Shown here: positions 37,418 through 47,104 of the stretch, one piece after another
Position numbering within the stretch: the first letter of the stretch is position 1
Layout: every line of letters starts with the position of its first letter
Assembly: GCA_913043225.1 (NCBI GenBank)
Contig: CAJWLU010000001.1
Location: forward strand, 224,001-288,000
Origin: an uncultured Acidobacteriota bacterium
Lineage (GTDB): Bacteria; Acidobacteriota; Vicinamibacteria; Vicinamibacterales; UBA8438
Direction of reading: 5' to 3'
Length of the DNA: 64,000 nt
Made by a program: the position numbers and the translations under genes
Notes under the pieces: model-generated
What the model saw: only the letters and a program-made list of their open reading frames with translations
The model's database searches: none
What the model was told of the DNA's origin: nothing

Positions 37418-39103
37418 ATGCCCTCGCCTCGTGCATTCGTCGACGTTTTCTGTGTACTCATCGTCCTCCTGCCGATGGGCACGGGCACGCAGGCTCAGAG
37501 CCTACCCGACAGCCGCACGCTGCGTGTCGGCAGTCAGAATGATCTCGCTACCATCCGGGAAGCCAACGCCGCCATCGAGACGCTGCGCCGCGAGGGGAAC
37601 CTAACGCTGCGAGCGCGCACCGTCGACGCGCAAGTCGCCGGCAGAACCCATGAACGCCTCGTCCAACGCCATCGAGGGGTTCCGGTGTTCGGCGCCGAGA
37701 TCACCCGTCAAACCGACCAGGGCATGACCGTCTCGCTGTTCGGCACACTCTACGACCGACTCACCCTCGAAACCACGCCGTCGCTCTCCCCCACCGCGGC
37801 GGCACAGATCTTCGATGATCTCGCGGGCTCAGGTCGCCGCCTAACCGAGCCCCGGTTGCTCGTGCTCCCGGCCCGGGCTGCCGTTGGAGACAATCGACTG
37901 GTCTATGAGGCCAGGGTCTTCACCGGCGCTCGGCTGATGGCGTACTTCATCGATGCCGGAAGTGGCGAAGTGGTCTGGTCGTACAACGACCTGAAGACCC
38001 AACAGCCCACCCTTCCCTGCCAGCAGTGCACGGTCGGCGAGGGCCTGGGCGTCAAGGGCGACCGCAAGAAACTCAGCGTCACGACCGTCGGCGGCGCATT
38101 CTTGGCCCACGACCGGCTCCGCCCGGCCGATGTCTATACCTTCGACCTCCGCGGGGATTGGGTACGCACCCTCGCCGTGCTGAATGGAAGCACCCAGTTG
38201 TTCGATGCTGACCTAGCCGCTGACGCCGACAACGACTGGCTGGACGGCGCAAGTGTCGACGCCCATGTCGGCATGGGCTGGACCTATGACTATCTGTTCT
38301 CCCGATTCGAACGCCAGGGCCTGAACGCCGAGAACGTCCGGATGATCAGCCTGGTCCACCCGATCGACCGGTCGGACGTGTTTACAGCCCCGCCCGAGCT
38401 CGTCGGACTCTTCAACCTGAACGCGTTCTACTGCGGCCTCTGCGGCCCGGACGGTGTCGGAGTGGCGGTGTTCGGCGAGGGACTTCCGCCCAATCTCCTA
38501 CTGGACGGCAAACGCATCGGCTACTTCTCCGGCGCCCTCGATGTCGTCGCCCACGAACTGGCGCACGCCGTCACCGACTTCACCTCGGCGCTAATTCCGC
38601 TGAACGAATCCGGTGCGCTGAACGAGGCGTTCTCCGACATCATCGGGGTGGAGGTAGAACACTACGCCGAACCCTTCTTTCGGGACGGCGCCGGGCGGGC
38701 TGACTACCTACTAGGCGAAGACGTAATCGAACCGGGCGGCATCCGGTCACTACAGAATCCGCAGCAGTTCGGCGACCCAGACCACTACAACCTCCGCTTT
38801 CTGGGCCTCGACGACAACGGTGGCATCCACACCAACTCGCTGATCGCCACCCATGCCTATTACCTCGCGATCGAGGGAGGCACGAACCGCGTCTCGGGCC
38901 TTGACGTGACCGGGGTCGGCGCCGCGAACCGGGAACAGATGGAGCAGATCTTCTTCCGCGCGTTCACCCAGTTCCTGACGCCGCTGTCGAACTTCTCCGA
39001 CGCCAGGGCGGCGACTATCCAGGCGGCCCGCGATATCTATGGCCTCGGAAGCGCGCCCGAAGCGGCCGTCATTCAGGCCTGGGACGCGGTCGGGGTACAG
39101 TAG
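37418..39103 (+). CDS. M4 (thermolysin-like) metallopeptidase with propeptide
   Basis: Propeptide Q.HRGVPVFG, VDAH, DVVAHELAH, ESGALNEAFSD, DNGGIHTNS, AWDAVGV. Start uncertain. Confidence 0.9.
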   Translation: MPSPRAFVDVFCVLIVLLPMGTGTQAQSLPDSRTLRVGSQNDLATIREANAAIETLRREGNLTLRARTVDAQVAGRTHERLVQRHRGVPVFGAEITRQTDQGMTVSLFGTLYDRLTLETTPSLSPTAAAQIFDDLAGSGRRLTEPRLLVLPARAAVGDNRLVYEARVFTGARLMAYFIDAGSGEVVWSYNDLKTQQPTLPCQQCTVGEGLGVKGDRKKLSVTTVGGAFLAHDRLRPADVYTFDLRGDWVRTLAVLNGSTQLFDADLAADADNDWLDGASVDAHVGMGWTYDYLFSRFERQGLNAENVRMISLVHPIDRSDVFTAPPELVGLFNLNAFYCGLCGPDGVGVAVFGEGLPPNLLLDGKRIGYFSGALDVVAHELAHAVTDFTSALIPLNESGALNEAFSDIIGVEVEHYAEPFFRDGAGRADYLLGEDVIEPGGIRSLQNPQQFGDPDHYNLRFLGLDDNGGIHTNSLIATHAYYLAIEGGTNRVSGLDVTGVGAANREQMEQIFFRAFTQFLTPLSNFSDARAATIQAARDIYGLGSAPEAAVIQAWDAVGVQ

Positions 39104-39123
39104 CGTCAGAGCTGAAAAGCACG

Positions 39124-39945
39124 ATGCCGACACTTGTCAGAACCCTGCGATCGACCGCGCGGCTATTGTCTCTGAGCGTGCTGACGCTCTGTGTTGCGAT
39201 CACATTGCTGCCAGGGGTCGTCTACGCTCAGGGTCGGCCGACCGAACGGATCACGGCTCGCATCGAGAGCGGCTGGCGGCCAGCCTCGCGTACCTTCGCT
39301 GGCACCACCACGTTCGAGGCCTTCTCCGAGCTCGGCAGCTTCGAGGTCGACTACGAAATCCGGGAAGGGGTCGTGATCGACGGAGGTCTCTCTTTCCTGT
39401 TGTGGCGCAATCTGGCGGTAGGGCTGGATGTCTCCAGCTACGCCTCGATCAATTCGGCGCAACTGAACACCCAGCTTCCCCACCCGTTCTTCTTCGACCT
39501 ACCTCGAACGAGCAGCGGCGTCGCCGGGGGACTCCGGCGGGAGGAGCTGAGCGTGCACCTGCGGGCCCTCTGGATGACCGCGTTCTCCGACTGGCTGGTC
39601 GTCTCCTTCTCTGGCGGTCCCAGCCTAATCAACGCTAGGCAGGACTTGGTCTCCTCAGTACAGCACCGGGAAATCGGCTTCCCGTTTGGTGAGATCATCT
39701 TCGAGAAACACTCCCAGACCACCCAGTCGGAGAACGCGTTAGGCATCAACGCGGGTATCGACATCGATGTCTACGCGCTACACCACCTGCCCTTCTTCAG
39801 CGGGTTCGAAACAATGCGCCACCTCGGACTGGGCGTGCTGTTCCGCTACGTTAGCGGGTCCGCTGACCTGCAGGTGGGTGACTCGCCCGTGTCGGTTGAC
39901 CTCGGCGGTTTCCAGGTCACGACCGGCATCCGCTTCCGTTTCTAG
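39124..39945 (+). CDS. Outer-membrane beta-barrel protein
   Basis: Signal peptide, amphipathic beta pattern, C-terminal GGFQVTTGIRFRF. Confidence 0.7.
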   Translation: MPTLVRTLRSTARLLSLSVLTLCVAITLLPGVVYAQGRPTERITARIESGWRPASRTFAGTTTFEAFSELGSFEVDYEIREGVVIDGGLSFLLWRNLAVGLDVSSYASINSAQLNTQLPHPFFFDLPRTSSGVAGGLRREELSVHLRALWMTAFSDWLVVSFSGGPSLINARQDLVSSVQHREIGFPFGEIIFEKHSQTTQSENALGINAGIDIDVYALHHLPFFSGFETMRHLGLGVLFRYVSGSADLQVGDSPVSVDLGGFQVTTGIRFRF

Positions 39946-39993
39946 GGAACAGCGGCGCCATTCCAGACCATTCGTGCCACGTTTCGGGTCGGT

Positions 39994-40878
39994 CTAGGGC
40001 AAGAGTTCCAGGAGAGAAAGCGGATCAACACGGGCACCGTTGAGGCGGACCGTCCAGTGGAGGTGCGGACCGGTCACGCGGCCGGTGGAGCCGGCCTTCC
40101 CGACGACCTGTCCCGGCTCGATGAGGGCACCCTCCTCGACCATGATCTCAGACAGGTGGGCAAAGTACGAGTACAAACCCCACCCATGGTCGAGGATCAC
40201 CGAACCGCCGGAAAAATAGGTGTCTCCGGTGAGCACCACGCGCCCATGGTTGGGCGCCGCGATCGGGGTGCCCTCACTGGCTCGAAAGTCGGCGCCACTA
40301 TGGGGGTTTCTGGGCTGACCGTTGAAGACGCTCCGGCTGCCGAAGGCACTTGTCGCCGCGCCGGGGACGGGTCGGGCCCAGGCGCCTCGCCAGAGCCGGT
40401 CTGGCGACGACGACACGAAGATCGCCTGCTGCTCCCTCGACTCACGCGCGATCCGCTCGGCCACCTCGGGCGGCGGCTCGACATACCTGGGAGCAACCCG
40501 CAGCTGACGGGTGGGGTACGACTTGTCGCCAACGCCGAGTCGGTGCAGCACCTCCACCGTCCGCCCTCCCGACACCGCGGTCACCAGCAGCTGGAGGTCG
40601 TACACGCCGGGCTCCACGTCGAGGTCCACGCCGACCAGGCCATGCCAATCTCCGCCGGATTCCCGATAGAACCCGACTCGCCGGTCAAAAATGCGTCCTT
40701 CCACCGCCGACAGCGGCTCGTCGGCAGCCACCCGAACCACGACCAGCTCGCCGGGCGCCACCTCGCGGGCGCGCTCGCTGACCCGCACGTCAACCCCCTG
40801 GGTTCGGACCGCCTGGAGGCCACCGGCGGTCATCAACACGACCGCGGCGAGCGCCCGCAGGTGTTGGCGTCCATGCAT
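39994..40878 (-). CDS. M23 metallopeptidase
   Basis: TSAFG.R, PHSGADF (HxxxD), ILDHG, YFAHLS, TGRVTGPHLHW (HxH). Confidence 0.92.
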   Translation of the reverse strand: MHGRQHLRALAAVVLMTAGGLQAVRTQGVDVRVSERAREVAPGELVVVRVAADEPLSAVEGRIFDRRVGFYRESGGDWHGLVGVDLDVEPGVYDLQLLVTAVSGGRTVEVLHRLGVGDKSYPTRQLRVAPRYVEPPPEVAERIARESREQQAIFVSSSPDRLWRGAWARPVPGAATSAFGSRSVFNGQPRNPHSGADFRASEGTPIAAPNHGRVVLTGDTYFSGGSVILDHGWGLYSYFAHLSEIMVEEGALIEPGQVVGKAGSTGRVTGPHLHWTVRLNGARVDPLSLLELLP

Positions 40879-40888
40879 CCGGTTGCCT

Positions 40889-42367
40889 CTAGCCGCCAAA
40901 GAGCGCGACGTCGAACACCCGGTCGAGGATGATCAAGCCGGTCATGCTGGTGAAGATGGCCAGGCTGAACCAACTGAACCATATGACCGGTTGGGAGGGA
41001 TAGAACGCCTTGTCCTTCTTGGGAATGACGGTTAGGCAGTAGTAGATGTTGAGAAAGAAGATCACCGGCGCAATGAAGTACGCCAAGGCGGACGAGAGCA
41101 GCACGAGCTGCACCGGCCGCTCAAAACCCGCGATGATCAGCACCGCGGCCACCAGCGAGTAGATCATCGTGATCCGGTAAATGTTGTACTCCGACATCCA
41201 GGCGCTACGATGCTCGGCCGTGAGTCGGTCGGTCGCGATGCCCGAGAGCGCTGCGGTCGACGGGAACAAATTGCGGCAGCAGGCAGCCGCTACCCGCGGC
41301 CACCCGTCGAAGTAGTTGAACGCGGTGGAGAATGTAGCGGCGAACGCCCCGCCCACAAACACAAACATCATCCCGGGACCGACGCTGTCGGTGAAGATCC
41401 TGGCGATCTCGCCGATCACGCCAGTCCCGGCCACCTCGGCGGGATACAGCCAGACAGCGGCCAGCAGCAGGAAGATCGACGCCAGCAGGAACGACACGAT
41501 GTGTCCCATCGTAAAGTCAAGGATGCCGATCCTGAACCACCGGCGACAATATTCCTGGGTATGCTCAGGCAGGGTCGACACATCCACCGTCAGGTCTTCC
41601 TTGGTCGACGAGAACGGGTCGAAGCGGCGCGCGATCCCCTCCGCCTCGAGCTGCTCGCGAATCCGACCCATACCGACCCGCTTGGCCTTGCCCCACTCGG
41701 ACGCCTGGAGTGAAACATCTATGCCGGTCGGCAGCAGGCCCAGGAAGGAGGCAATCACGAGCCACGACCCGCCCGGAATCTCGACCGTAAAGTAACGACC
41801 CATCGCCGACCAGGGCGCCGGTTCGAATAGATACACGCCAACCGTGGACACGAACAGGATTCCAGCCAGGATCTTGGTCGCAAGCTCAACCGCCGCGTAG
41901 CGGCCGTACAGGATAATCCCAACCGAAACTAGCCCTAGCCCTAGCCCGAACACCCAGCTAGGTAGCCCCAACCCAAAGAACTCCGAAAAGATGAAGAACA
42001 GTACCGCCGCCGCCGCGGCCAACCGGCCAGCCTGCCCGAGCGCGCACTGGATCACGGTGGTCACCAGCACGTAGTAGACCGGCCACTTCCCGGGAGCGGT
42101 GGAATAGGCGTCGAGCATGCTGCGCCCGGTAGCGTTGGTGAACCGAAACGCCATCTCGAACCCGTAGTACTTGAAGACGTAGGCGAGCGGGATACACCAG
42201 AGCAGGGCATATCCGAAACGACCACCGGCTACTGGCGCGGTCACCAGGTGGCTCGTGCCGATCCCGGTCATCATCAAGATGAGCCCTGGACCGAAGTGCC
42301 GCATCAGTCCACGCGGACCGGTGTCGGGCAGCGGCAACGCATCGAGACGCTCATGCTGGTCCGGCAT
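40889..42367 (-). CDS. Nramp-like (APC superfamily) transporter
   Basis: GPGLILMMTGIGTSHLV, AGGRFGYALLW, RFTNATG, FAATFST...DGWPR; about 11 hydrophobic segments. Confidence 0.75.
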   Translation of the reverse strand: MPDQHERLDALPLPDTGPRGLMRHFGPGLILMMTGIGTSHLVTAPVAGGRFGYALLWCIPLAYVFKYYGFEMAFRFTNATGRSMLDAYSTAPGKWPVYYVLVTTVIQCALGQAGRLAAAAAVLFFIFSEFFGLGLPSWVFGLGLGLVSVGIILYGRYAAVELATKILAGILFVSTVGVYLFEPAPWSAMGRYFTVEIPGGSWLVIASFLGLLPTGIDVSLQASEWGKAKRVGMGRIREQLEAEGIARRFDPFSSTKEDLTVDVSTLPEHTQEYCRRWFRIGILDFTMGHIVSFLLASIFLLLAAVWLYPAEVAGTGVIGEIARIFTDSVGPGMMFVFVGGAFAATFSTAFNYFDGWPRVAAACCRNLFPSTAALSGIATDRLTAEHRSAWMSEYNIYRITMIYSLVAAVLIIAGFERPVQLVLLSSALAYFIAPVIFFLNIYYCLTVIPKKDKAFYPSQPVIWFSWFSLAIFTSMTGLIILDRVFDVALFGG

Positions 42368-42459
42368 GGCCGCAATCCTACCAGAGGTTGGCGACAGGCC
42401 GATTGACGACCAAGTGGAGTCAAACAGTCACGGTAAGATCGACCGGTCTGGAGGAACGC

Positions 42460-44154
42460 ATGCTTGTAGAGCGCACTCACTCTCTGTTTCGGCGGTTTGC
42501 CACCTTCGCGCTCTCTACCGTCATCGCATCCGCAGGTGTGGGCTGCGGGGCCACCATCGCCCGGGACGTCGAACCGGGACGAGATGCTCGCGGCACCGAG
42601 GCCGCGATGACGGCCGGTCACCCGCTCGCCGCCGAGGCTGGACTCGCGGTGTTGCAGGGTGGGGGACTCGCCATGGACGCGGCCATCACCGCCGCCGCGG
42701 TTCTCGCCGTGGCGCGCCCGCACATGAACGGCGTGGGCGGCGACATGCTGCTCCTGTACCACGACTCGGCCACCAACCTGACCTACGGGCTGAACGCCTC
42801 GGGCCGCGCCGGAAGCCGGATGACACTGGAAGAACTGAAGACGGCGGGTCATGAAGAGATGCCCGAGACCGGACCGCTCAGCATCTCAGTACCTGGTGCT
42901 GTCGGCGGCTGGGCCGAGGGACTCCGTCGCTTCGGCACGATCCCGCTGGCCCAGGCACTGCAACCGGCGATTCGCCTGGCCGAGCAGGGACTACCGGTCT
43001 CGGAGCGGCTCGCGGAGGACATCGCCACCGCCGAGGACAAGCTCCGGGCGGAGCCGGAAGCCACTCGAATCTTCCTGCCTGGCGGGGCACCGCCCAAGGT
43101 GGGCTCCGTGCTGCCGCGACCGGATCTGGCCGCTACGCTGCGCATCATCCAGGAGCAAGGATGGGAAGAGTTCTACTCCGGCGCACTGGGCCGGCGGATC
43201 GTGCGCTTCATCGAGGAGCGCGGGGGACTGGTCGGCTACAACGACATGGAGAACTACCTGGCCGAGTGGACGGTGCCGATCCGGACGCGTTACCAGGGAC
43301 TTGAAGTGGTAGCCATGCCGCCCAACAGCCAAGGCGTGACGCTCCTCGAAGAACTGGCCATACTACAGCACCATGACCTCACGGCCATGGGACACAACTC
43401 GGCCGACTATCTCCACACCATCGCCGAGGCGATTCGCCTTGCCTTCATCGACCGGGACAGCGAGGTGGCCGACCGGGCCACAATGCGAACCACGCCCGAA
43501 GAACTCCTCGAACCGGGTCGTATCCGCGCGCTGGCCGACAGCATCGATCCAGGCGGTCGGGCGCCGAGGGTCGAGGCGGTCGTGAGTGAGAACCATCCGA
43601 ATACCGTGTATGTCATCGCGGTCGATCAATACGGGAATGTGGTCTCTCTGATCCAGAGTCTGTTCGCCAGCTTCGGCTCCGGCCTAGTGGTGCCCGAGAC
43701 CGGCATCGTCCTGCACAACCGCGGCTCACTCTTCCGGTTCGACGAAGACCACCCAAACGTCTTCGCCCCCTACCGACGTCCGTTCCACACCCTGTGTCCG
43801 GTAATCGTCCTCAGTAACGATCTGCCGCTGCTGGCCCTGGGCACCCCGGGAGGAGACGGGCAGACCCACACCATCACCCAGGTACTGAACAACATCCATC
43901 TGTTCGGGATGAGTCCGCAGGCCGCGATCGACGCGCCCCGGATCCGCCGACTTAGCGACGGGTCACTGGCGATCGAAGATCGGATGCCCCAGGAAGCACG
44001 GGACGCGCTCGAAGCACGGGGCTACACGGTTCACACCCGGACGGGCTGGACCGCCGAGTTCGGGGGCGCGCAAGCGGTCGTGATCGACCAGATGACCGGT
44101 CGTCGCATCGCCGGCGCGGATCGACGCCGCGAAGGCTGGGCGCTCGCCTACTAG
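42460..44154 (+). CDS. Gamma-glutamyltransferase-family Ntn hydrolase (YwrD/HpxW-like)
   Basis: HPLAAEAG, GVGGD, SVPGAV, PPNSQG, nucleophile NTVY, GIVLHNRG, RPFHTL, GTPGGDGQ, ADRRREG; SD GGAGG. Confidence 0.88.
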   Translation: MLVERTHSLFRRFATFALSTVIASAGVGCGATIARDVEPGRDARGTEAAMTAGHPLAAEAGLAVLQGGGLAMDAAITAAAVLAVARPHMNGVGGDMLLLYHDSATNLTYGLNASGRAGSRMTLEELKTAGHEEMPETGPLSISVPGAVGGWAEGLRRFGTIPLAQALQPAIRLAEQGLPVSERLAEDIATAEDKLRAEPEATRIFLPGGAPPKVGSVLPRPDLAATLRIIQEQGWEEFYSGALGRRIVRFIEERGGLVGYNDMENYLAEWTVPIRTRYQGLEVVAMPPNSQGVTLLEELAILQHHDLTAMGHNSADYLHTIAEAIRLAFIDRDSEVADRATMRTTPEELLEPGRIRALADSIDPGGRAPRVEAVVSENHPNTVYVIAVDQYGNVVSLIQSLFASFGSGLVVPETGIVLHNRGSLFRFDEDHPNVFAPYRRPFHTLCPVIVLSNDLPLLALGTPGGDGQTHTITQVLNNIHLFGMSPQAAIDAPRIRRLSDGSLAIEDRMPQEARDALEARGYTVHTRTGWTAEFGGAQAVVIDQMTGRRIAGADRRREGWALAY

Positions 44155-44170
44155 AGCCGCCTGACACCTA

Positions 44171-44980
44171 CTAGTCCGGCTGGTCGGAGCGAGAGGCATC
44201 CGGCACCGGTGCCTGGTAGATTGCCCGCCCCACGAAGAACGGTCCCATCTCCTGCATGTACTCGGAGGTCTGCGCGGTGGGCCGCATGTCCTTAACCAAC
44301 TTCGACAACGGGTAGAGCTCGGGGCCAATCAACCCGATCACGAATTCGTTGTCGTCCCGGTCGAGACCATGGCACTCGAGCCGTACGTCCACCGCCAGCG
44401 CGAGCTCGCCATACCCGCGGCCGATCATGCCGTGTTCCATCAGGATGCGTCCCTGCTCGCCTCGTGACAAGCGGTTGAACGCACCGAGCCGACGCAAGGG
44501 GTACCAGACACCCCAAGCCTGGTCTGGGTCGAGCACGTGGCGACGCACGCGGTGCAGTAAAAAGTCGGCCAGGTCGGTCTCGCGCCCACTGGCATAGGTG
44601 CGCCCGAGCATGGTGAAATCGGGCGATGGCGTCAGGTCGGTGAACGCGGGTCCGACCAGCAGTTCGCGGCCCGCATCGACGAACAGCTGCGGATCTTCTG
44701 ACATCAGCACGACGCCGACCCCCCGCGGGTCGTTCACGTTGGCATAGACAGCAGCCTCGAGACCGCTGGACCGGACCGCTTCGATCACCGCGTCTTGGTC
44801 GAGACACCCGGTAAAGACCTGCAGTTGGACGAAGAGGCGCGACTCGAGGGTCTGTGGTTCACCACGAATGGGGGCACCATGTTCGACCAGATCCGGCACG
44901 AATTTCTCCATCGCCGCGGCCGGTGGGCGGCCGCGGGACGACGAACGGGAAGCAGAGGGCAGGTCGGTCTTGTCGGTCAT
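44171..44980 (-). CDS. Chlorite dismutase superfamily protein, probable coproheme decarboxylase (ChdC/HemQ-like)
   Basis: MLGRTY..G.E.DL, WYPLRR, EQGRILMEHGMIGR, HGLDRDDNEFVIGL, LVKDMR, MGPFFVG; no signal peptide. Confidence 0.75.
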   Translation of the reverse strand: MTDKTDLPSASRSSSRGRPPAAAMEKFVPDLVEHGAPIRGEPQTLESRLFVQLQVFTGCLDQDAVIEAVRSSGLEAAVYANVNDPRGVGVVLMSEDPQLFVDAGRELLVGPAFTDLTPSPDFTMLGRTYASGRETDLADFLLHRVRRHVLDPDQAWGVWYPLRRLGAFNRLSRGEQGRILMEHGMIGRGYGELALAVDVRLECHGLDRDDNEFVIGLIGPELYPLSKLVKDMRPTAQTSEYMQEMGPFFVGRAIYQAPVPDASRSDQPD

Positions 44981-45098
44981 TGGGCTCGAGCCTCGAAGAA
45001 TCGGGCGACCATTCTATACGAGGCAGCGTCTGACTCTCGGAACGCCCCTGCACACCAGGTTGTCGGCGTCTGGCCCGGGTGATAGTGTCGAGTTGTCC

Positions 45099-45470
45099 AT
45101 GCGACATGCCGCGCTCGTCCCAGCGCTCCTGTTCTTGACGCCCGTGATGGGGGACACTTTCGCGCAGGAGCGCAAAGTCGACCCGCTGCCCGCGGTCGAG
45201 CTAGCGGTGAACCTCGAGCGGCTGAAGCAACGGCTGGCGGAGCTACCCGAGAGCGACGAAGAACGGTCGCTGCTAAAGCTCGATTACTATGTCTCGGTCT
45301 ATGGTCGAGCGCCCGAGATCAACGTGCTCGAAGGCTTCGATCTCCACAACGGCCCGGTGCCGTTCGGGCCACCGATGCACGACGACTTCCAGGCGCTCTG
45401 GACCCCCGAGGAGTTCAGTGCGCCGGCGGCCGACCTCACGTCGATCCTGGGCTGGCTGCTCAAACGGTAG
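45099..45470 (+). CDS. Small secreted hypothetical protein
   Basis: Signal peptide ending TFA; GC3-rich codons; no family recognised. Confidence 0.65.
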   Translation: MRHAALVPALLFLTPVMGDTFAQERKVDPLPAVELAVNLERLKQRLAELPESDEERSLLKLDYYVSVYGRAPEINVLEGFDLHNGPVPFGPPMHDDFQALWTPEEFSAPAADLTSILGWLLKR

Positions 45471-45608
45471 TCTTAACGGGTCAGCCGCACGTGAACTTCG
45501 TCCTGCTCGCCGCTTCCCATACAATATGCGGTCGGTGAGCCGCGTCACGCGGTTCGAGGATTCCCTCCTGGCCGGCGCGCTCCGGGCCCGGCCACGTTCA
45601 CGACCGAG

Positions 45609-46709
45609 GTGAGATCAGTGGGTTCAGCAACCATCGACTACAAAGCTGGTGTTTCGGGTCTCGACGGACTTCTGAGCGTACTGGGCGACGACGCCGCGCT
45701 ACTCGACCATACGTGCTGTACGATTCCATCCGGCGACCTCCATCTGCCGGGACCTGATTTCGTCGATCGCTGCGTAACCCCGTCGAACCGTCCCATCCGG
45801 GTACAGACCGCGCTTCAGTCGCTGTTTGGCGCAGGGCGGCTGGCAGGGACCGGCTATCTCTCGATCCTGCCGGTCGACCAGGGCATCGAGCACTCGGGAG
45901 GTGCCTCGTTCGCCCCGAACCGAAACTATTTCGACCCCGAGAACATCGTGCGGCTGGCGATCGACGGGGGCTGTAACGCCGTGGCGTCGACTCTGGGCGT
46001 GCTGGGCGCCGTCTCGCGCCGCTACGCGCACAAGATCCCGTTCATCCTGAAGTTCAACCACAACGAGTTCCTCTCCTACCCGAACAGCTACGACCAGATC
46101 CGCTTCGCCACGATCGAGCAGGCGTTCGACATGGGCGCGATGGGCGTCGGCGCCACGATCTACTTCGGTTCAGACGAGTCGCGCCAGCAACTGATCGAAG
46201 TGTCGGAGATGTTCCAGCAGGCGCACGAAATGGGTATGTTCACGGTGCTGTGGTGCTACCTCCGCAACTCGGACTTCAAGACCGCCGACGCCGACTACCA
46301 CACCGCCGCCGACCTGACCGGCCAGGCGAACCACCTCGGCGTTACCATCGAAGCGGACATCATCAAGCAGAAGCTGCCAGAAACCAACGGCGGCTACACC
46401 GCACTCAAGTTCGGGAAGACGCACAAGAGCGTCTACGATCAGCTGACGACCGACCACCCGATCGACCTGACCCGCTATCAGGTGGCCAACTGCTACATGG
46501 GCCGGGCCGGGCTCATCAACTCCGGCGGCGCCTCATCGGGCGAGAGCGACCTCAAGGAAGCGGTCAAGACCGCGGTCATCAACAAACGCGCCGGCGGTAC
46601 CGGACTGATCTCGGGTCGGAAGGCGTTCCAGCGTCCGATGAACGAAGGCGTCACGCTCTTGAACGCCATTCAGGACGTCTACCTAACGAAGGAAATCACA
46701 ATCGCGTAG
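45609..46709 (+). CDS. fbaB: Class I fructose-bisphosphate aldolase (FbaB/DhnA)
   Basis: [64 protein letters not shown]. Confidence 0.95.
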   Translation: MRSVGSATIDYKAGVSGLDGLLSVLGDDAALLDHTCCTIPSGDLHLPGPDFVDRCVTPSNRPIRVQTALQSLFGAGRLAGTGYLSILPVDQGIEHSGGASFAPNRNYFDPENIVRLAIDGGCNAVASTLGVLGAVSRRYAHKIPFILKFNHNEFLSYPNSYDQIRFATIEQAFDMGAMGVGATIYFGSDESRQQLIEVSEMFQQAHEMGMFTVLWCYLRNSDFKTADADYHTAADLTGQANHLGVTIEADIIKQKLPETNGGYTALKFGKTHKSVYDQLTTDHPIDLTRYQVANCYMGRAGLINSGGASSGESDLKEAVKTAVINKRAGGTGLISGRKAFQRPMNEGVTLLNAIQDVYLTKEITIA

Positions 46710-46721
46710 GTTCCGGCGAAC

Positions 46722-46976
46722 CTACTCTTCCCGGGCCCAAAGTTCCAGGCGGATAGACAGCAAGAAGTATTTCTTCCGAAGCTCGACCACCCTCTCTGAA
46801 TAGCCCGCACTCGGAATCTCCTTCCGCCGAAGCCGCCGGCGCAACTGGCGTAACTCGAACCGATACAGATCGTTGATGACCTCCTTCGCCTTCGCCGGCG
46901 GAGTGGTCACCCGCGGCCGCACGCCAAAGAGCAGCAGCTCTTCCAGAACACGCGGATGGTAGGTGTATTGCGGCAC
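46722..46976 (-). CDS. Small basic hypothetical protein
   Basis: 84-aa helical-looking ORF (INDLYRFELRQLRRRL) with SD-like GAGG and TAGAAT upstream. Confidence 0.65.
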   Translation of the reverse strand: MPQYTYHPRVLEELLLFGVRPRVTTPPAKAKEVINDLYRFELRQLRRRLRRKEIPSAGYSERVVELRKKYFLLSIRLELWAREE

Positions 46977-47104
46977 GGACTTCAGACCTCAGGCGTGGAT
47001 TCTACGATCGACCTAGGGTTTTCGTGCAGCGCACTCATCGCGAAAACCAGATAAGGTCGCCGGCCACGGCTCACACGAAGGCGACCGCGTGGTACCCTGA
47101 CCAC

